The notes under the pieces are model-generated. The model ran no database searches and was not told the origin of the DNA. It worked only from the letters and a program-made list of their open reading frames with translations. A stretch of 64,000 nt of DNA from Chitinophagaceae bacterium. GTDB taxonomy: Bacteria; Bacteroidota; Bacteroidia; Chitinophagales; Chitinophagaceae. The stretch spans positions 618-64,617 of the forward strand of contig JANPNY010000721.1 in NCBI GenBank assembly GCA_031427745.1, read 5' to 3'. Below, in pieces: positions 59,505 through 64,000 of this stretch (position 1 is the stretch's first letter; each line of letters begins with the position of its first letter). A program made the translations under genes and the position numbers.

Positions 59505-61442
59505 CTATAGTTTGCCAGCCAATATTTCTTCCACAACACCAGGGTCTAGCAAGGTGCTTATGTCTCCGAGGTTAGAAGTTTCACCTTCTGCTATTTTTCG
59601 CAAGATGCGTCGCATAATTTTACCGCTTCTTGTTTTAGGTAATCCTTTTACAAATTGGATTTTATCGGGTTTGGCTATTGCCCCGATTACCCTTGTAACA
59701 GTTTGCAAAATATCTTTCCTTGTCATCTCTTCATCGCCATGCATGTGTCCATAAATTACGTATGCATAAACCCCTTGCCCCTTAATGTCGTGAGGGTATC
59801 CTACCACCGCACTTTCAACTACACCGGCATGCATGTTAATGGCGTTTTCTACTTCTGCTGTTCCAAGGCGATGACCACTTACATTTAATACATCATCTAC
59901 TCTTCCTGTGATTCTAAAATTTCCATTTTCATCTTTTAATGCACCGTCACCCGTAAAATATAAACCTTCGTAAGTGGCAAAGTAATTAGTTCGGCAGCGT
60001 TCATGATCGCCGTAGGTGGTGCGTAAAATACCAGGCCAGGGAGCTTTGATACAAAGATTACCCTTCAGCAAACCGTGTTCATCTTTTTCCGTTACTTCTT
60101 TGCCATTTTCATCTATCAACACAGGCTGAACACCCGGCATTGGCAATGAGGCCCAGCTTGGTATTGACGGTGTAATGCCCGCAAGATTAGAGATTAAGCA
60201 GGCGCCGGTTTCGGTTTGCCACCAGGTGTCAACAATGGGGCATTTCTTTTTCCCTATGTTTTCATCATACCAGTGCCAGGCTTCTTCGTTGATTGGCTCT
60301 CCAACTGTACCGAGAACCTTTAGGCTACTGAGGTCTTTTCCTTTTAACGGATCCAATCCAAAACCCATTAAACTGCGGATGGCAGTAGGTGCAGTATATA
60401 AAATATTTACCTGGTGCTTGTCCACAATATCCCAGAATCTACCGGCATCTGGATAAGTTGGTATGCCTTCAAACATCAGGGACGTTGCACCTGCAGCTAA
60501 TGGGCCATATACTATGTAGCTATGCCCTGTTATCCAGCCTATATCTGCTGTGCAAAAATGTATTTGCCCCGGCTTGTATTGAAAAACATTTACAAAAGTA
60601 TAAGCGGTCCAAACCATATAGCCGGCAACAGTATGTACTACTCCTTTGGGCTTGCCCGTACTTCCCGAAGTATATAATATAAATAAAGGGTCTTCAGCAT
60701 CCATTTCTTCGGCAGTGAACGACACCACCCCATTTACCTCCACTTGTGTTTCTGCATAATCCATCTCATCTTCCCACCAAACATCCCTGCCTTTTAACAT
60801 GCTCACAGGGGTTCTGGTTCTGGTATAAACAATCACTTTTTTAATCGACTTGTTCCCTATCAGTGCATCATCAATTACACTTTTTAACGGAATTACTTTT
60901 TCTCCACGGTAAGTACCATCGCAGGTTACAATAAATTCAGCACCTGCATCATCGAGGCGGTCGGCAATACTTTGTGCACTAAAGCCTCCAAATATTACAC
61001 TATGGATAGCCCCAATTCTTGCACATCCTAAAACAGCATATGCCAGTTCCGGCACCATGCCCATATAAATACAAACACGGTCACCCTTTTTAACACCATT
61101 GTTTTTTAATACCTGTGCAAACTGGCAAACTCTTTTGTGAAGCCTGTCGTAGGTAACCACCCTCACCCTATCGTCCGGATTGTTAGGCTCCCAAATGATG
61201 GCAGGCTTATCTCCCATTATTTTTAAATGCCTGTCGATGCAGTTTTCTGTGATATTTAATTTGCCACCTGCAAACCATTCTATCGAAGGCTCCTTAAAAT
61301 TCCACTCCAATACTTTATCCCACTTTTTTCTCCACAAAAAATTTTCTGCTACGTTGCCCCAAAAGCCTTCGGGATCATTAACACTTTTATTATAGGCTTT
61401 TTGATATTGCTCAAGTGAAGTAATTTGAAAGGGATATGACAT
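59505..61442 (-). CDS. acs: Acetate--CoA ligase (acetyl-CoA synthetase)
   Basis: LFILYTSGSTGKPKGVVH, DTWWQTETG, GRVDDVLNVSGHRLGTAE, LPKTRSGKIMRR; start set at ATG 61442. Confidence 0.97.
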   Translation of the reverse strand: MSYPFQITSLEQYQKAYNKSVNDPEGFWGNVAENFLWRKKWDKVLEWNFKEPSIEWFAGGKLNITENCIDRHLKIMGDKPAIIWEPNNPDDRVRVVTYDRLHKRVCQFAQVLKNNGVKKGDRVCIYMGMVPELAYAVLGCARIGAIHSVIFGGFSAQSIADRLDDAGAEFIVTCDGTYRGEKVIPLKSVIDDALIGNKSIKKVIVYTRTRTPVSMLKGRDVWWEDEMDYAETQVEVNGVVSFTAEEMDAEDPLFILYTSGSTGKPKGVVHTVAGYMVWTAYTFVNVFQYKPGQIHFCTADIGWITGHSYIVYGPLAAGATSLMFEGIPTYPDAGRFWDIVDKHQVNILYTAPTAIRSLMGFGLDPLKGKDLSSLKVLGTVGEPINEEAWHWYDENIGKKKCPIVDTWWQTETGACLISNLAGITPSIPSWASLPMPGVQPVLIDENGKEVTEKDEHGLLKGNLCIKAPWPGILRTTYGDHERCRTNYFATYEGLYFTGDGALKDENGNFRITGRVDDVLNVSGHRLGTAEVENAINMHAGVVESAVVGYPHDIKGQGVYAYVIYGHMHGDEEMTRKDILQTVTRVIGAIAKPDKIQFVKGLPKTRSGKIMRRILRKIAEGETSNLGDISTLLDPGVVEEILAGKL

Positions 61443-61468
61443 GTTCAATTAATAATTTTCTTTGTATT

Positions 61469-61476
61469 CAAATTTA
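61469..61476 (-). promoter_or_regulatory. Bacteroidota -7 promoter element upstream of acs
   Basis: Minus strand TAAATTTG, 26 nt before the ATG. Confidence 0.5.
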
Positions 61477-61526
61477 TATATTTATACCCAAAACAATTGC
61501 AATATTAAATTTCCTAAACCTCTTTC

Positions 61527-63089
61527 ATGGCAGTCACATCAGCAAAAGGAATCAGCAAGGTAATTTTTTCTTCTTCGTTAGGTACATTAATTGAATGGTA
61601 CGATTTTTACATTTTTGGCATGCTGGCCAAAACAATTTCTATACAATTTTTTCCAGAGGGAAATGATACTGCCGCCTTGTTAAGTACCCTGGCCATTTTT
61701 GCAGCCGGGTTTTTAGTGAGGCCCTTTGGTGCATTGGTGTTTGGGAGATTGGGAGATTTGATTGGAAGAAAATCTACCTTTTTGTTGACCCTGGTTTTAA
61801 TGGGCAGTTCTACCTTTTTAATTGGCTTGGTACCGGGCTATAAAACAATTGGCATTGCGGCTCCATTGCTGGTTTTGTTTTTACGGCTGATACAAGGTTT
61901 GGCATTGGGGGGCGAGTACGGTGGTGCTGCAACTTATGTTGCCGAACATTCACCTGCAGGCAAAAGGGGTTACTACACTGCCTGGATACAGACCACGGCC
62001 ACACTGGGTTTGTTTGTCGCTTTGGGTATTATTATGGCGGTAAAATCCAGCATGACGGATGCTGCCTTTACGGCTGAATGGGGTGGATGGAGGTATCCCT
62101 TCTGGGTATCAATTTTACTGGTAGGCGTTTCTGTTTATATCCGGTTAAAAATGAACGAATCGCCGCTGTTTTATAAGTTATTAAAGGAAGGAAAAACTTC
62201 TACTAACCCGCTTAAAGAAAGTTTTGGTCATAAAGGAAATTTTAAAATGGTTTTACTGGCGTTGTTTGGAGCGGTTATGGGGCAGGGAGTTATTTGGTAC
62301 ACCGGGCAATTTTACGCACAATCTTTTTTAGAAAATACGGTGAAGATTGAGTTTATGCAAAACAGGGAAATATTGCTTTGGGGCATTGCATTGGCTACGC
62401 CTTTTTTTGTTTTCTTTGGATGGTTGAGTGATAAAGTTGGAAGAAAATGGATTATGCTGACGGGGATGTTGCTGGGTGTAATTTTTTACAGGCCAATTTT
62501 TGGAACAATGCTAAAGGATGCTGATGCAAAGGAATGGATGAAACAGGATTTTAGCAATCCTAATTCGCTCTCTACAAACTCAATAATTAAAATTGATACT
62601 ATTAAAACCGCTGCAAATATTTCTATTATTTATCATAGAAAAATTCCATTTACTTTTAATGATGGCAGGAAGTTTTCCCAAATAAAAGCCGATACACTTG
62701 TTAATGGTTCTGCTGGCTTTTCTTCGGTTATAAGGGAAGATGCTAAACCTGTTTACATTGATAAAATTCTTTCTCCGCCACTCAAATGGAAATTCATTTT
62801 CCTCATCTGGGTAATGATCTTATTTGTAACAATGGTATACGGCCCCGTTGCGGCGTTCTTAGTAGAATTGTTCCCAACCAAAATTAGGTACACCAGCATG
62901 AGCCTTCCTTATCATATTGGCAATGGTGTATTTGGCGGTTTGGTTCCTTTTATTGCAACACTGTTATCAACCACCTTTACAGGCGATCCTTTGGTGGGTC
63001 TTTGGTACCCTATTGGTGTGGCAGCTTTGTGTTTTATAATAGGTCTTTTGTATCTCGATAATAAAGTTGATAAAAATATTAAAGATTAA
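61527..63089 (+). CDS. MFS transporter (MHS metabolite:H+ symporter family)
   Basis: SLGTLIEWYDFY, RPFGALVFGRLGDLIGRK, RLIQGLALGGEYGGA, ELFPTKIRYT. Confidence 0.93.
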   Translation: MAVTSAKGISKVIFSSSLGTLIEWYDFYIFGMLAKTISIQFFPEGNDTAALLSTLAIFAAGFLVRPFGALVFGRLGDLIGRKSTFLLTLVLMGSSTFLIGLVPGYKTIGIAAPLLVLFLRLIQGLALGGEYGGAATYVAEHSPAGKRGYYTAWIQTTATLGLFVALGIIMAVKSSMTDAAFTAEWGGWRYPFWVSILLVGVSVYIRLKMNESPLFYKLLKEGKTSTNPLKESFGHKGNFKMVLLALFGAVMGQGVIWYTGQFYAQSFLENTVKIEFMQNREILLWGIALATPFFVFFGWLSDKVGRKWIMLTGMLLGVIFYRPIFGTMLKDADAKEWMKQDFSNPNSLSTNSIIKIDTIKTAANISIIYHRKIPFTFNDGRKFSQIKADTLVNGSAGFSSVIREDAKPVYIDKILSPPLKWKFIFLIWVMILFVTMVYGPVAAFLVELFPTKIRYTSMSLPYHIGNGVFGGLVPFIATLLSTTFTGDPLVGLWYPIGVAALCFIIGLLYLDNKVDKNIKD

Positions 63090-63098
63090 AAATTATGT

Positions 63099-63344
63099 AT
63101 GAACCAGGTAAAAAAAATAATGGGTGTTTTATGGATGCTGATAGCACCAATGGTAATCTATTTTTTAGTGGTGGGTGCTATACACAATATTAATAGCAAC
63201 GGCGTTAAAGATATTAACAAGCCAGTGCCATGGATTATTATTATCGGCATTTTTACACCCATCGCCCTGGGGCTTTTTATTTTTGGATATTACGCTTTTA
63301 AAGGAGAATATAATAAACTGCCTACCTCTTCTGATGAAATATAA
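63099..63344 (+). CDS. Small two-TM membrane protein
   Basis: 81 aa with two hydrophobic segments and WIIIIGIFTPIALGL...FGYYAFKGEY; 9 nt after the MFS stop. Confidence 0.7.
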   Translation: MNQVKKIMGVLWMLIAPMVIYFLVVGAIHNINSNGVKDINKPVPWIIIIGIFTPIALGLFIFGYYAFKGEYNKLPTSSDEI

Positions 63345-63353
63345 GAGGCTCTT

Positions 63354-64000
63354 TTAAATCGGCTTTTTTGCATCAATCCCCAATGCGATATATATAGCTT
63401 CCAATATTGCAGGCCGCACATTTAGTTTTGATAGTGTGGGGTTATTGCCATCGGGTGTTACCCTGTTGCTGAGAAATACAAACACCAGGTTATTTGCAGG
63501 ATCTGCCCAAACACAGGTACCAGTAAACCCTGTATGACCAAATGTTCGTGGCGAGGAGGAGTAACTCGGATAAGGTTCCGGCTTACTGCGATTATCCTTC
63601 TCAGGCTTATCAAAGCCATAACCACGGCGGCTGATGGTACTTTGGTAACCGGTGAATAAATCGATTGTTTCTTTTTTAAAATACCGTTTACCATTAAATG
63701 TGCCGCCATTTAACAGCATCTGCATAATTACAGCCATATCGTAGGCGTTGCTAAATAAACCTGCGTGGCCCGCCACACCGGCAAACATGGCTGCACCAGG
63801 GTCGTGTACATCGCCCCTTATCAGTTGCTTTCTAAATATGGGCTCTTGCTCTGTAGGCGATATTCTGGACAAAGGCATATATTCCCTTGGCTTAAATCCG
63901 GTGCTGGTTAAACCGAGTGGTTTGTAAAATTCTTTTTGTACATATTCATTGAGTGGTATACCATTTATTGCTTCTGATACCTTACCTAAAAAAATAAAAT
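63354..64000 (-). CDS. C-terminal part of a beta-lactamase-family serine hydrolase (often GH3-fused in Bacteroidota); 5' end outside the window
   Basis: Frame is open from the window edge (...FIFLGKVSEAINGIPLNEYVQKEFYKPLGL...); GDVHDPGAA, AGHAGLFS, FGHTGFTGT, VFLSNR. Confidence 0.88.
   Translation of the reverse strand, partial: FIFLGKVSEAINGIPLNEYVQKEFYKPLGLTSTGFKPREYMPLSRISPTEQEPIFRKQLIRGDVHDPGAAMFAGVAGHAGLFSNAYDMAVIMQMLLNGGTFNGKRYFKKETIDLFTGYQSTISRRGYGFDKPEKDNRSKPEPYPSYSSSPRTFGHTGFTGTCVWADPANNLVFVFLSNRVTPDGNNPTLSKLNVRPAILEAIYIALGIDAKKPI

Noticed and set aside
63354-63878. 174-aa stand-alone ORF as listed in the track
   Set aside because: The frame stays open to the window edge, so this is the 3' part of a longer gene

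Overview
Bacterial chromosomal DNA from a Bacteroidota member, probably Chitinophagaceae. This is inferred from T9SS C-terminal sorting domains, TAnnTTTG promoter elements and futalosine-pathway mqnC. Housekeeping genes flank both ends: an M16 peptidase pair, an aspartyl protease-PDZ protein and mqnC on the left, and acs, an MFS transporter and a truncated serine hydrolase on the right. Between them lies an approx. 54-kb cell-surface glycan/adhesin region (approx. 5.0-59.1 kb), bracketed by two inward-pointing paralogous FemAB-like GNAT genes. It holds (i) an FkbH-ACP-2x(MBOAT + SGNH/DltD-like) cassette that looks like a Dlt-type relay for exporting glyceryl groups onto a surface polymer, the best candidate for an undescribed system. 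It also holds (ii) three giant T9SS-secreted proteins, two being paralogous beta-helix proteins on PKD-like stalks of 16 and 4 repeats, (iii) an Asn-synthetase-like ligase and a YqcI/YcgG (GntA-like) + DUF1989 pair, and (iv) a minus-strand Wzx/Wzy polysaccharide cluster with a hybrid heptose pathway (gmhA, hddA, hldD-like), a BcbE/F/G-like triplet and several orphan sugar redox enzymes. No rRNA, tRNA, CRISPR array, integrase or transposase was seen. All assignments come from motif recognition by eye; no database searches were run.
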